Shown here one piece after another: positions 11,364-20,530 of a stretch of 64,000 nt of DNA. The stretch spans positions 11,135-75,134 of the forward strand of contig CAYWQS010000007.1 of the NCBI GenBank assembly GCA_964460395.1. The letters are read 5' to 3'. Position 1 is the stretch's first letter, and every line of letters starts with the position of its first letter. Source of the stretch: an uncultured Solibacteraceae bacterium (GTDB lineage Bacteria > Acidobacteriota > Terriglobia > Bryobacterales > Bryobacteraceae). A model generated the notes under the pieces. That model did not search any database, was not told the DNA's origin, and worked only from the letters and a program-made list of their open reading frames with translations. A program made the position numbers and the translations under genes.

Positions 11364-12938
11364 ATGATCATCCTCGGCCTCGGTGGCCTGCTGAATAATC
11401 CTGCCTGCGCCGTACTCCAGGACGGTTCGCTCACCGCGGCCGTGGAACAGTTGAAGATCGCGCGCCGCTTTGTGCCCGGCGAACTCCCCGAAGAGGCACT
11501 CAACGAGGCCCTGCGCCTGGCGGGCGCAACCGGTGAGCAGATCCGCGCCATTGCTGTCGCCCGGCCCTACGGCGACCGCCACGACAGCCGTCTGCTGCTC
11601 GAACTCCGCACCCGTTTCCCGCAGGCCCGCGTCATCCCCGTTGATCACCACCAGGCCCACGCCGCCAGCGCTTATTTCGCCTCGCCCTTCTCGCAGGCCA
11701 CCGTTCTCACCCTCGACCGCTCCGGGGACGTTCGCTGCGGCGCCCTCTGGAAAGCCGAAGGCGCCCGGCTGGACCTCGAACACGAGTTCTACTACCCTGA
11801 TTCGCTCGGCGAACTCTATTCCCGCGTCACCGAAATGCTCGGTTTCGAACCCCGCAGCGAAGAGCACAAAGTGCAGTGGCTTTCTACCTACGCCGCGCCC
11901 GATCTTGCCCCCGCCTTCCTCTCGATCCTCCACCGCGATGCCGCCGGCTTCCGTTTGAACCGCCACTATCTGGATGCCGACCGCCTTGGCCGCGGCGGCT
12001 TCAGCTCTGCCTTCTATGAAGCGCTCGGCCTGGATGAATCTGCCCCGCTCACGGATGCCTGGAAACAGCGCATCGCTGCAGGTTTGCAGAATGCAGTCGA
12101 GCAGATCGTGCTCGACCTCGCCGGCTCCGGAGAAAACCTCTGCCTCGCCGGCGGCCTTGCGAACAACGCCCTCCTGGTAGCCGCGCTCGAACGCAGCGGC
12201 CGCTGGGAAAATGTTTTCGTACAGCCCGCCGCCGGCAACAATGGCACTGCCTTTGGCGCCGCCTATGCTGCCTGGCACTTAGTGGAGCGCCAGCCACGAT
12301 GCGAGCCCCTGCGTACTCTCAGCCTGGGTCCTGCTTACTCGCCGGAAGACATCAAGCGCGTGATCGAAAACTGCAAGTTGCGCTTCCGCTTCCTGCTCAC
12401 CACCACCGAAATCCTGCAGAGCGCCTTGGACCTCCTGGCCGGCGACCGTATCCTGGCCTGGATGCAAGGCCGCATGGAGTTCGGCGCTCGCGCCCTGGGC
12501 TATCGCAGCATTCTCGCCTCTCCGTTGAATCCTTACTCCTCGGAAAACCTCAACGTCTACATCAAGCACCGCGAGCCCTTCCGCAAGTTCGCCGCCTCGG
12601 TCCCCGCCGAACTTGCCTCCGAATATTTCGACGTGAGGCCCAACGCCCGCTTCCTTGCCACTGTCTGTCCCGTGCGGCCCGAGCACCGGCAGAAGTTCGA
12701 ATCCGCGCTGCTTGGGGACGGCTCCGTCCGCGTTCACGCCGTCGAAGAGTCTGAGAACCCGCTCTTCCACAAATTGCTCCGCGCCTGGGGCGAAAAGACC
12801 GGGCTCCCCGTTCTCTACAACACATCGTTCAACCTCTTCGGCGACCCTCTGGTCTGTACCCCGCGCGACGCCGTCCGCAGTTTCTACTCCTCCGGTATAG
12901 ACGCCATGCTTGCCGGTAACTTCCTCCTCGAAAAGTAG
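11364..12938 (+). CDS. Carbamoyltransferase (NodU/CmcH family)
   Basis: MIILGLGGLLNNPACAVLQDG N-terminus, VDHHQAHAASAYFASPF, and C-terminal NTSFNLFGDPLVCTPRDAV. The ORF-track extension 11064-11363 overlaps glnS and was discarded. Confidence 0.85.
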   Translation: MIILGLGGLLNNPACAVLQDGSLTAAVEQLKIARRFVPGELPEEALNEALRLAGATGEQIRAIAVARPYGDRHDSRLLLELRTRFPQARVIPVDHHQAHAASAYFASPFSQATVLTLDRSGDVRCGALWKAEGARLDLEHEFYYPDSLGELYSRVTEMLGFEPRSEEHKVQWLSTYAAPDLAPAFLSILHRDAAGFRLNRHYLDADRLGRGGFSSAFYEALGLDESAPLTDAWKQRIAAGLQNAVEQIVLDLAGSGENLCLAGGLANNALLVAALERSGRWENVFVQPAAGNNGTAFGAAYAAWHLVERQPRCEPLRTLSLGPAYSPEDIKRVIENCKLRFRFLLTTTEILQSALDLLAGDRILAWMQGRMEFGARALGYRSILASPLNPYSSENLNVYIKHREPFRKFAASVPAELASEYFDVRPNARFLATVCPVRPEHRQKFESALLGDGSVRVHAVEESENPLFHKLLRAWGEKTGLPVLYNTSFNLFGDPLVCTPRDAVRSFYSSGIDAMLAGNFLLEK

Positions 12939-13013
12939 CGGACCGCAGGCCGGGTTCGCCTCTCTTTTCCACACCAGCCCAATCCATTCTGTCTTCCTGA
13001 GTGGCGGTATGCC

Positions 13014-15152
13014 TCAAAAAATCAGCCGGACCCCGCCATTGACTACCCGCCCTTCCAGCGGCGCCCATCCGTCCACCGTCCATCGCCCATCAGGCCCCCG
13101 CTGCGTCCGGATGAGCGGGCTCCAGCGCGTCTGCCGCACATTGGTCAGGTTTTCAAAGTTGACGAACAGCCTCACGCGCGACGTTAGGCTTCTTTCCGCG
13201 AGGGCGCCGACAATCGAGTACCCGCGCGACAACGTGTTGTAAGGGTCATATTCCAGCCGCTGGTGTCCTGTGTAATAGTATTCGAGCCCCACGCGACCCT
13301 TCCCTTCCTGCTCCCAGAAGCCAACCAGGCCGAAGTTGTGGCGCGGCGTGAGGGGCACATCGGCTCGCCGGCCGCCTGGCTCAATTTCCGATGATCGGAC
13401 ATAGGTGTACGAAGTGGTGACGGCAAAGGGATTTTTGCGCCAGGTGGCCAGGAACTCGACTCCGCGATTGGTCGTTGGTTCGCGCAGATTGACAGCCGCG
13501 TAGCGTTCCCCGCGCTCTACATAAATGGGATTGGATACCGAGGAGGCGAAGAAGGTGGAAGTGAATGACACGGGTCCGTAATTGCGTGTGACGTCGAAAG
13601 AGGCGCTCCGGCCGCGCTCCGCCCTCAATGGTTCCGGCAGGCTGAGCCTGGTAAGCCCCGCCGCCTCGGTTTCCTCTGTCAGTGGCGTGGCGGCGAAAAA
13701 CCCCTGTCCGGCCGAAAGCCTGGCAGTCCAGCCTGCTACGCGCAACAAGCCGCTCACTCGAGGGCTGAAGAACGCCCCGTAATGGCTATGAAAGTCGGCG
13801 CGCGCGCTTGCCGAAACCGAGAGCCATGATGAGACTGTCAGGTCGTCTTGCAGAAAAATGCCCGGCGTGACAAATGTGTATCGGAAGCGTTGCACGTCGC
13901 GCGGCCGGTACGCATCACGCTCCGCCGCCACGCCGGCCACCCACGTATGGCGGCCGGCGGCTCCGCGAACGGAAACCTCTCCAAGCATGAGTTCATGGCG
14001 GTCCCGTTCCAGGATCTCGCCGAACTGGTGGTCATGCGCCAGATTCGAAGCAGAAAAACGGCCCGCCAATACGGTGCGATTCCCGATCAGCCATTGCGCG
14101 TTGCCGCCGATGTCGTACCGGCGGGTGTCGAGGCCTTCCGTGTAGGGTGCGTTGGTTGGGCGCAGCACCGCACCCGCTATGGTGCCGCCCACCCGGTCCT
14201 CGTGTGTATAGCCGCCGGTGAGTAAAGCGCTGCGGCCGTTGCCGCCATCCCAGAACAGTCGAGGACGGACGAGACCCCTGGTATACGAAGGGACGTCGGC
14301 CCACCCGTCTTTGTCCAGATCCCTGCGCTCCTGCCAGTGCCCGCCGCCAAGCAGTGAGACGCTCCAGCCACTGGCCAGGGGTGTGGCGACAAATCCGGTT
14401 GCGTCGGTTCCGCTCAGCGTGGTGCGATTCAGCAGGAATTCCCGCACGGGCTCTTGCGCCGGCCGCCTGGATACCAGATTCACAATGCCAGCCATCGCAC
14501 CCGCGCCGTAGAGAGCCGAAGAGATGCCTTTGATGACCTCCACTTGCCCGAGGTCCATGGGCGGAATCTGGAGCAGCCCCAATCCGGCGCCCTGCTGCCC
14601 GAACAGGGGCAGGCCGTCCGACAAGAAGCGCGTGTAGCGGCCGCGCATCCCCTGCATCCGGACGCTTGCCGCGCCCAGCGACGGCGACGTGGTCTGCACG
14701 CGCATGCCGCCCATCTCGTTCAACATCATGACGATGTCGCCCGGCGTCATCATCATCTTTTCCTCCACCTCTTCGCGCTGCAGGACCTCGACGCGGAGTG
14801 GTGAATCCTGGATGCGCAGCTCGCTGCGTGTGGCGTAAACCGTGACCTCTTCCCGCACCTCCGTCTCCGGTTCCAAAGCCACATCGAGCCTCCAATCGCG
14901 CTCTTCGTTGACCTCGACCGACGCGGTGGCTTCGTGGAAACCCTCTTTCCTGACCACCACCTCCACGCTCCCGAAGGGCACACGGCAGGCCACGACCCCC
15001 TCTAGCCCTGTCTCGAGCGACTGACCGTTCACGCGGACCTGGGCTCCGGAAACGGGTTTCGAACCGGCTGTCACCCGCACCTGGACCATTGCGCCAGGCG
15101 CTTGCGCATAGAGATGCAACATGGAGGCAAGAACGCAACCAATCAGCTTCAT
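13014..15152 (-). CDS. TonB-dependent receptor with N-terminal carboxypeptidase-regulatory-like domain
   Basis: Signal peptide, CarboxypepD_reg-like segment (VRVTAGSKPVSGAQVRVNG), plug (DIVMMLNEMGGMRVQ...IPPMDLGQVEVIKGISSALYGAGAMAGIVNL), C-terminal barrel ending in F. ATG 15152 preferred over TTG 15170. Confidence 0.85.
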   Translation of the reverse strand: MKLIGCVLASMLHLYAQAPGAMVQVRVTAGSKPVSGAQVRVNGQSLETGLEGVVACRVPFGSVEVVVRKEGFHEATASVEVNEERDWRLDVALEPETEVREEVTVYATRSELRIQDSPLRVEVLQREEVEEKMMMTPGDIVMMLNEMGGMRVQTTSPSLGAASVRMQGMRGRYTRFLSDGLPLFGQQGAGLGLLQIPPMDLGQVEVIKGISSALYGAGAMAGIVNLVSRRPAQEPVREFLLNRTTLSGTDATGFVATPLASGWSVSLLGGGHWQERRDLDKDGWADVPSYTRGLVRPRLFWDGGNGRSALLTGGYTHEDRVGGTIAGAVLRPTNAPYTEGLDTRRYDIGGNAQWLIGNRTVLAGRFSASNLAHDHQFGEILERDRHELMLGEVSVRGAAGRHTWVAGVAAERDAYRPRDVQRFRYTFVTPGIFLQDDLTVSSWLSVSASARADFHSHYGAFFSPRVSGLLRVAGWTARLSAGQGFFAATPLTEETEAAGLTRLSLPEPLRAERGRSASFDVTRNYGPVSFTSTFFASSVSNPIYVERGERYAAVNLREPTTNRGVEFLATWRKNPFAVTTSYTYVRSSEIEPGGRRADVPLTPRHNFGLVGFWEQEGKGRVGLEYYYTGHQRLEYDPYNTLSRGYSIVGALAERSLTSRVRLFVNFENLTNVRQTRWSPLIRTQRGPDGRWTVDGWAPLEGRVVNGGVRLIF

Positions 15153-15604
15153 GGCTGGCTCATTGTTCAAGGCGGATCGCGGGGACCAGGCGGAGTGTTT
15201 TTAGGGCCATGATCAGACCGCACTTCGCCCTCGGAAACTCCACCCCCAACCTCCCCGAGACGACTTGCAGTGCTGCATCCGTTAATTTCTCCTCGTCTCC
15301 CCAGCCGTCAGAGTTGCTTCCGTTCGCGTTTCCTACTCCGAAGAACTCTCCAAGAGAATGAGAACCGCCTCCCAGGCTTCGTGCCAGTAAGTTCACTTCC
15401 GAGCATACGCAAAGCAGGATCGCACTTCGTTATCGGAGACGACGAAAGCAAAATCCTGCTTGGGCGATCACGCCAGCTTCGCCCGTCTTCTTGGGTTGAA
15501 CGGCATGAGCGCGTTGATGCATGCAGAATCGTCTGAACCAGCAAGGCTTATCGTTCGGTGGGCCGGCCCGCAATCCAGGGTAAGCTGAAATCCAGGAGGG
15601 CTGC

Positions 15605-16282
15605 ATGATTCGATACTGCAAATGGATTGTCGGTCTGTGCGTCGGCGCTGTCTGTTGGGCCGGCCAGGCCGAGGAAAAGCGGATCAAAGCTGCGGAAGAA
15701 ACGCTCGTGGAGATCATGAAGACAGGTGACAAGGCGATCCCGCAGGAGCTGTTTAACAAGGCGGATTGCGCCATCATCATTCCGGGGATGAAGAAGGGCG
15801 GATTCATTCTCGCCGGTAAGTATGGCCGCGGCTTTGCTTCCTGCCGGGGCTCTATCGGAGGTTGGCGGGCGCCGCTCGGGGTTCGTATCGAAGGCGGAAG
15901 CTTCGGCCTGCAGATCGGCGGGTCAGAGACGGATGTGGTCATGCTCGTGATGAATCAATCGGGCATGGAGCGGCTGACGTCCAGCAAGTTCACGCTGGGC
16001 GGAGAAGTGTCCGCCGCCGCCGGGCCAGTGGGCCGTTCAAGCACTGCGCAGACTGACGTGACCATGAAGGCCGAAATCCTTTCCTGGTCGCGCTCCCGAG
16101 GCGTGTTCGGCGGTGTTGCCCTGGATGGCGCCACGCTGCGGCCCGATGCTGACACGAACGAGGCAATCTACGGCAAAGGTGTGGATCCGAAAGACATCGT
16201 GCAGGGGAAAGTCGCTACCACCCCGATGGGTAAGCGGCTGACAGCCACCCTGGCAAAGTATTCGCCGTCCCAGGCGAAGTAA
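15605..16282 (+). CDS. SYLF (DUF500/Ysc84-like) lipid-binding domain protein, secreted
   Basis: YGRGFASCRGS...RIEGGSFGLQIGGSETDVVMLVMN...FTLGGEVSAAAGPVGR...SRSRGVFGGVALDGATL pattern. N-terminal hydrophobic signal. Confidence 0.75.
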   Translation: MIRYCKWIVGLCVGAVCWAGQAEEKRIKAAEETLVEIMKTGDKAIPQELFNKADCAIIIPGMKKGGFILAGKYGRGFASCRGSIGGWRAPLGVRIEGGSFGLQIGGSETDVVMLVMNQSGMERLTSSKFTLGGEVSAAAGPVGRSSTAQTDVTMKAEILSWSRSRGVFGGVALDGATLRPDADTNEAIYGKGVDPKDIVQGKVATTPMGKRLTATLAKYSPSQAK

Positions 16283-16305
16283 CCTTTCAGAACGTAGCAC
16301 CGGCA

Positions 16306-16340
16306 GGCGGCCCGCCCGAAATGGCAGGCCGCCGCTTTTC
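16306..16340 (+). terminator. Rho-independent terminator candidate after SYLF gene
   Basis: GGCGGCC (16306-16312) pairs with GGCCGCC (16327-16333) around a 14-nt loop, followed by GCTTTTC. Confidence 0.5.
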
Positions 16341-16384
16341 TGCGGGTTTTTGCACCCGCCAGTGATCCAAAGCGCGCCGCTTCT

Positions 16385-16413
16385 CGTAGCACGAATGTGA
16401 GGATCGTGCTACG
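16385..16413 (+). promoter_or_regulatory. Perfect 9-bp inverted repeat immediately upstream of receptor RBS
   Basis: CGTAGCACG (16385-16393), an 11-nt loop, then CGTGCTACG (16405-16413). It ends 5 nt before AAGGAG (16419-16424) and 21 nt before ATG 16435. A third half-site CGTAGCAC lies at 16293-16300. Confidence 0.4.
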
Positions 16414-16434
16414 CTCCAAAGGAGAATCGGACCC

Positions 16435-19400
16435 ATGAACCGCTTTGGATGGTTCGCAAAGGCATCTCTGGCCGTTTGGCTGCTGGCCGCCGGGTGGCTG
16501 GCAGGACAATCTTCAACTGCAAGCCTTTCGGGGGTGGTGTGCGACGAGCAGGAAGCCGTCGTCCGCGGAGCAAAGCTCACTTTGCGCGAACCGTCACGCG
16601 GTGTGTCCCGCGAAGCCTTGGCCGGCCCGGACGGATCCTTCACTTTCCGCCAGCTTCCGCCCAGCGTCTACGAGTTGACGGTTGCCAGTCCAGGTTTCGC
16701 CGAGACCCGGTTTGCGCAGATCGTCCTGAACGCGAACGACGAGCGGTCCCTGAGAGTTGTGCTCCGCGTGGCGCAGAGGGGCGAAACCGTGACGGTCACC
16801 GGCGACATTCCGCTTGTTTCCGAATCACCGGCGGTTTCAACCGCCGTGGACCGCAAGTTCATTGAGAATCAGCCGCTCAATGGCCGGACTTTTCAGTCCC
16901 TCATTGCCTTATCCCCCGGTGTCCAACTCACTTCTTCTTCCATCGTCGATCAGGGGCAATTCTCGGTGAACGGACAGCGCACTGCCACCAACTACTTTAC
17001 GGTGGACGGGGTCAGCGCCAACTTCGGGCTCCCGTTTGCCACCACCCCTTATGAAGCAGGCGGCGCCGTACCCGCGTTATCCGCACAAGGGGGAACCGCC
17101 GCGTTGGCGTCCGTCGACGCCGTGCAGGAGTTCACCATCCAAACATCCACCTACGCACCGGAGTACGGCCGCCAGCCAGGTGCACAAGTGGCCATCGTGA
17201 CGCGGTCCGGCTCGAACAACCTGCACGGCTCCGTCTTCAACTACCTGCGCAACGACAAGCTCGACGCCAATAGCTGGTTTGGAAACTTCAACGGCTTGCG
17301 CCGCCCCGCGCTTCGCCAGAACGACTTTGGCTTTACGCTTGGTGGTCCGGCGCTGTGGCCCAAGCTCTACGACGGCAGAAATCGGACGTTCTTCTTCGCC
17401 TCCTACGAAGGTCTTCGCTTGGTGCAGCCTGTCATTTCGCAGCCCTCCCGGGTCCCCTCCCTGGCGGCCCGCGAGCGCGCCACGGGCCTGCTCAAGGCCC
17501 TGTTGGAAGCGTATCCCCTGCCGGTGGCGCCGCCGCTGGCCGACGCGCCGGACGAGACGCCCTACATCGCCAGTTTCTCGAACCCTTCGAATCTCGATGC
17601 CACCAGCGTCCGCATGGACCACATCGTCTCCCCCCGCATCACGCTGTTTGGAAGATTCAGCTACGCCCCTTCAGAGAACCGGGAGCGGGGGCGTTTCGCC
17701 ACCCCAAGCTTCGTTGCCACCTTGCCCGCTAAGGCCAGCACCGTCACCCTTGGCAGCACCATGATTCTGGCGCCCTCTCTGAGCAACGACCTCCGCCTCA
17801 ACTGGAGCAGGTCCCGGGCGGCGCAGATCTACGAACAGGACACCTTCGGCGGGGCCAGGCTCTTGCCGCGGAACCTGATCTTCCCGGACTTCGCCCGGCC
17901 CGAAACATCCCTGTTTTACCTCACGATCGGCGGCAACGACGAAAACACCATCAGCCCCGGAGTGTTCAGCGACAACTCTCAGCGTCAGGTAAACCTGGTA
18001 AACACCGCCAGTTGGACGTTGGGCAGCCATGCGCTCAAGTTCGGCGTCGATTACCGCTGGATGGCGCCGTCCGTAGGCGGCCGCCTCTACTCGAAAGTGT
18101 GGACCGTCCCCACCATCACGCAATTGGCCACCGGGATTGTGCCAACGGCGGAAGTCCGTCAGGTGAACAACTTCCTGGAACCCCGCTATCACAATTTCTC
18201 GGCGTTTGTTCAGGACGCCTGGCGCATGAACACCCGGCTGACGTTGACCTACGGGTTGCGTTGGGAGGTGAACCCTGCTCCTTCCGAAGCCAACGGCAAT
18301 CTGCCCGTAACGGTTCGCGGCTTGTCCAATTTCAGCTCAGCTACGCTCGCGCCCGCGGGTTCGAAGCTCTACCCGACTACTTACGGAAACTTCGCGCCCC
18401 GCATCGGCGTTGCCTACCAGCCGCTCCGCTCACGAGGCACGGTCCTGCGCGGCGGTTTCGGGATGTTCTACGACCTCGGTTACTCTTTCGCTGGTACAGC
18501 CCTCAGCCCCGGCAACTACCCCTACTCGCGAAGCCGGATCTTCCGTAACGTTCCGCTCACCGATCCCGCCCTTTCCGGCGAAGCCGGGCCCATCAACAAC
18601 AATCCGCCGTATCCCCGGTTGTTTGCGTATGCGGAAGACTACCAACTGCCTTACACCCTGCAATACAGCCTTGCCGTGGAACAGCCGCTGGGCGGTGCGA
18701 ATTCACTTGAGGTGTCCTATGTCGGCGCGGCAGGGCGGCGCTTGGCTCGCGTCGAGAGTCTGCGGCCGCAAGTGCTGCAAAACCCTTTGTTCACACGCAT
18801 CGACTTCGTGAACAACGAAGGCTACTCGGACTACAACTCACTGCAAATGCAATTCAAACGGCGCTTCAGCCGGGGCTTTCAGGCTTTGCTGGCCTACACG
18901 TGGTCGAAATCCCTCGATACGGCATCGGACGAATCCATTACCAACTTGCAGGCCCCGTCCGCGCGGACCAGCATCGATCTGGACCGCGGGCCGTCGTCGT
19001 TCGACATCCGGCACACCTTCACTGGAACCGCCAGCTACCAGCTCCCCGCGAAGCTGCCGAACCGGGCGGCGAACGCCATCCTTGGCGGCTTCGCCGTCGA
19101 CAGCGTGGTCCGCTTGCGGACCGCCACACCTGTCACGGTGGTCACCGGACGGGATCCGCTGGGTCTGGGCCTGACCAATGTGGCCCGCCCTGATCTCGTG
19201 CCGGGCCAGCCTCTTTACCTGGAGGGGTCCGGATTCCCCGGCGGAAAACGTTTCAATCCTGCCGCCTTCGATGCGGCAACCCCCTTGGCGCAAACCCGCC
19301 AGGGCACCCTCGGCCGGGGCGTACTGCGCGGTTTCGGGCTCGCCCAATTCGACCTCTCGCTGCGCCGGCAATTCCAATTCACGGAACATGTGGGGCTCCA

Positions 19401-19584
19401 GTGCCGTGTCGATGCCTTCAACGTGTTCAATACGCCCAACTTTGCGAATCCGATCGGCATCATGACCAGCGGGAACTTCGGCCGGGCCACGCAGATGCTG
19501 AACACCGCGCTCGGGGGACTGAACCCGCAGTTCCAGGTAGGCGGCCCGCGTTCGCTGCAGTTGGGGCTGAAACTCCTCTATTAG
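16435..19584 (+). CDS. TonB-dependent receptor, CarboxypepD_reg-type (1049 aa)
   Basis: Signal peptide. SLSGVVCDEQEAVVRGAKLTL...GPDGSFTFRQLPPSVYELTV (carboxypeptidase regulatory-like domain). Plug-like region (NGRTFQSLIALSPGV). Long beta-barrel ending LGLKLLY. Confidence 0.85.
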   Translation: MNRFGWFAKASLAVWLLAAGWLAGQSSTASLSGVVCDEQEAVVRGAKLTLREPSRGVSREALAGPDGSFTFRQLPPSVYELTVASPGFAETRFAQIVLNANDERSLRVVLRVAQRGETVTVTGDIPLVSESPAVSTAVDRKFIENQPLNGRTFQSLIALSPGVQLTSSSIVDQGQFSVNGQRTATNYFTVDGVSANFGLPFATTPYEAGGAVPALSAQGGTAALASVDAVQEFTIQTSTYAPEYGRQPGAQVAIVTRSGSNNLHGSVFNYLRNDKLDANSWFGNFNGLRRPALRQNDFGFTLGGPALWPKLYDGRNRTFFFASYEGLRLVQPVISQPSRVPSLAARERATGLLKALLEAYPLPVAPPLADAPDETPYIASFSNPSNLDATSVRMDHIVSPRITLFGRFSYAPSENRERGRFATPSFVATLPAKASTVTLGSTMILAPSLSNDLRLNWSRSRAAQIYEQDTFGGARLLPRNLIFPDFARPETSLFYLTIGGNDENTISPGVFSDNSQRQVNLVNTASWTLGSHALKFGVDYRWMAPSVGGRLYSKVWTVPTITQLATGIVPTAEVRQVNNFLEPRYHNFSAFVQDAWRMNTRLTLTYGLRWEVNPAPSEANGNLPVTVRGLSNFSSATLAPAGSKLYPTTYGNFAPRIGVAYQPLRSRGTVLRGGFGMFYDLGYSFAGTALSPGNYPYSRSRIFRNVPLTDPALSGEAGPINNNPPYPRLFAYAEDYQLPYTLQYSLAVEQPLGGANSLEVSYVGAAGRRLARVESLRPQVLQNPLFTRIDFVNNEGYSDYNSLQMQFKRRFSRGFQALLAYTWSKSLDTASDESITNLQAPSARTSIDLDRGPSSFDIRHTFTGTASYQLPAKLPNRAANAILGGFAVDSVVRLRTATPVTVVTGRDPLGLGLTNVARPDLVPGQPLYLEGSGFPGGKRFNPAAFDAATPLAQTRQGTLGRGVLRGFGLAQFDLSLRRQFQFTEHVGLQCRVDAFNVFNTPNFANPIGIMTSGNFGRATQMLNTALGGLNPQFQVGGPRSLQLGLKLLY

Positions 19585-19625
19585 CCCCGCCGCTGCCCCC
19601 GCAGGAAGGGGATACAATACGGGCC

Positions 19626-20501
19626 ATGCCGGACAAAAAGATCACCCGCCGGGCGGCCGTGCTGGCCTTGGGCCTGCCCGCCATGCCCCGTCTGCATGCA
19701 GCGCCGCTGAAGAAAGTGGGCTTGCAGCTTTACACCCTGCGCAACGTGCTGCCGAAGGCTCCGGACGCGACCCTGGAGCAGGTGGCGAAGATCGGTTATC
19801 AGGAGGTGGAGGCTATCCGGGATTCCCTCGCCCTTGTGGCTCCCATTGCCAGGCGCTTGAAGCTGGATATCCCGTCGTGCCACTTCGAAGCCGCCGTGAT
19901 CACTGGACGGTGGCGCAACGCGAAGCCAATTACCATCCAGCAGGCCGCCGATGAGATCAAGGGTGCAGGCGCAAGGTATGCACTGATGCCGTGGGTGGAT
20001 GTCGAGGACCGCGGTGGCGGCGACGTCTTCCGGGCGCTGGCCGACAAAATGAACCAGGCGGCGGAGGTGTGCCGGAAAACGGGTTTGCAGTTCTGCTATC
20101 ACCACCACGCCTTCGAATTCGCGCCGGTCGAGGGCCAAAAGACCGGGATGGACATCTTTCTCGAACGCTTTGACGCCAAACTGGTGCAGTTGGAAGTGGA
20201 TATGTTCTGGCTCAAGGTAGCCGGGCAGGATCCGGTGCAGTTCCTGCAGCGCGTGAAGGGGCGGGCGCCGCTGCTGCACGTCAAGGACATTGCTCCGGGT
20301 GCTCCCGTGCAGTTCAACGAGCGTCTGGCGCCAGACATCTTCAAGGAAGTGGGCAGCGGCACACTGAACGTACAGGCGGTGCTGAAGGCAGCCATGGCTG
20401 CGGGCACGAAGCACTTCATCGTCGAACAGGATCAGTGCCCCGGCGACCCTCTCGAAAGCGTCAGGAAGAGCTTCGAATACCTCAAGACCGTGCAGATGTA
20501 G
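19626..20501 (+). CDS. Sugar phosphate isomerase/epimerase (xylose isomerase-like TIM barrel), Tat-type signal
   Basis: MPDKKITRRAAVLALGL (twin-arginine), then VGLQLYTLRN...IGYQEVE, typical of the AP_endonuc_2 family. The upstream part of the ORF (19401-19625) overlaps the receptor gene. Confidence 0.75.
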   Translation: MPDKKITRRAAVLALGLPAMPRLHAAPLKKVGLQLYTLRNVLPKAPDATLEQVAKIGYQEVEAIRDSLALVAPIARRLKLDIPSCHFEAAVITGRWRNAKPITIQQAADEIKGAGARYALMPWVDVEDRGGGDVFRALADKMNQAAEVCRKTGLQFCYHHHAFEFAPVEGQKTGMDIFLERFDAKLVQLEVDMFWLKVAGQDPVQFLQRVKGRAPLLHVKDIAPGAPVQFNERLAPDIFKEVGSGTLNVQAVLKAAMAAGTKHFIVEQDQCPGDPLESVRKSFEYLKTVQM

Positions 20502-20508
20502 GCAGTTC

Positions 20509-20530
20509 GCATAGCCGGCGGCGATGCTTT
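20509..20530. terminator. Possible bidirectional terminator hairpin between convergent genes
   Basis: GCATAGCC-ggc-GGCGATGC (8-bp stem with one mismatch) followed by TTT. It overlaps the stop codon of the convergent GH57 gene. Confidence 0.3.

Noticed and set aside
12695-12704. tRNA T-loop-like string GTTCGAATCC
   Set aside because: It lies inside the well-supported carbamoyltransferase reading frame. It lacks the preceding GG, and the flanks show no acceptor or anticodon stems.
15171-15420. Possible cobalamin or TPP riboswitch in the leader of the TonB-dependent receptor at 13014-15152
   Set aside because: I read the minus strand for the B12 box (AGYCMGGAGACCKGCC), GCCACTG, and the GGGAA...GGTG.AA.TCC core, and for the TPP CTGAGA / ACCTGATCTGGATAATGCCAGCG core. 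Only scattered partial matches turned up (for example GAAGCCTGGGAGGCGG), in the wrong order and spacing.
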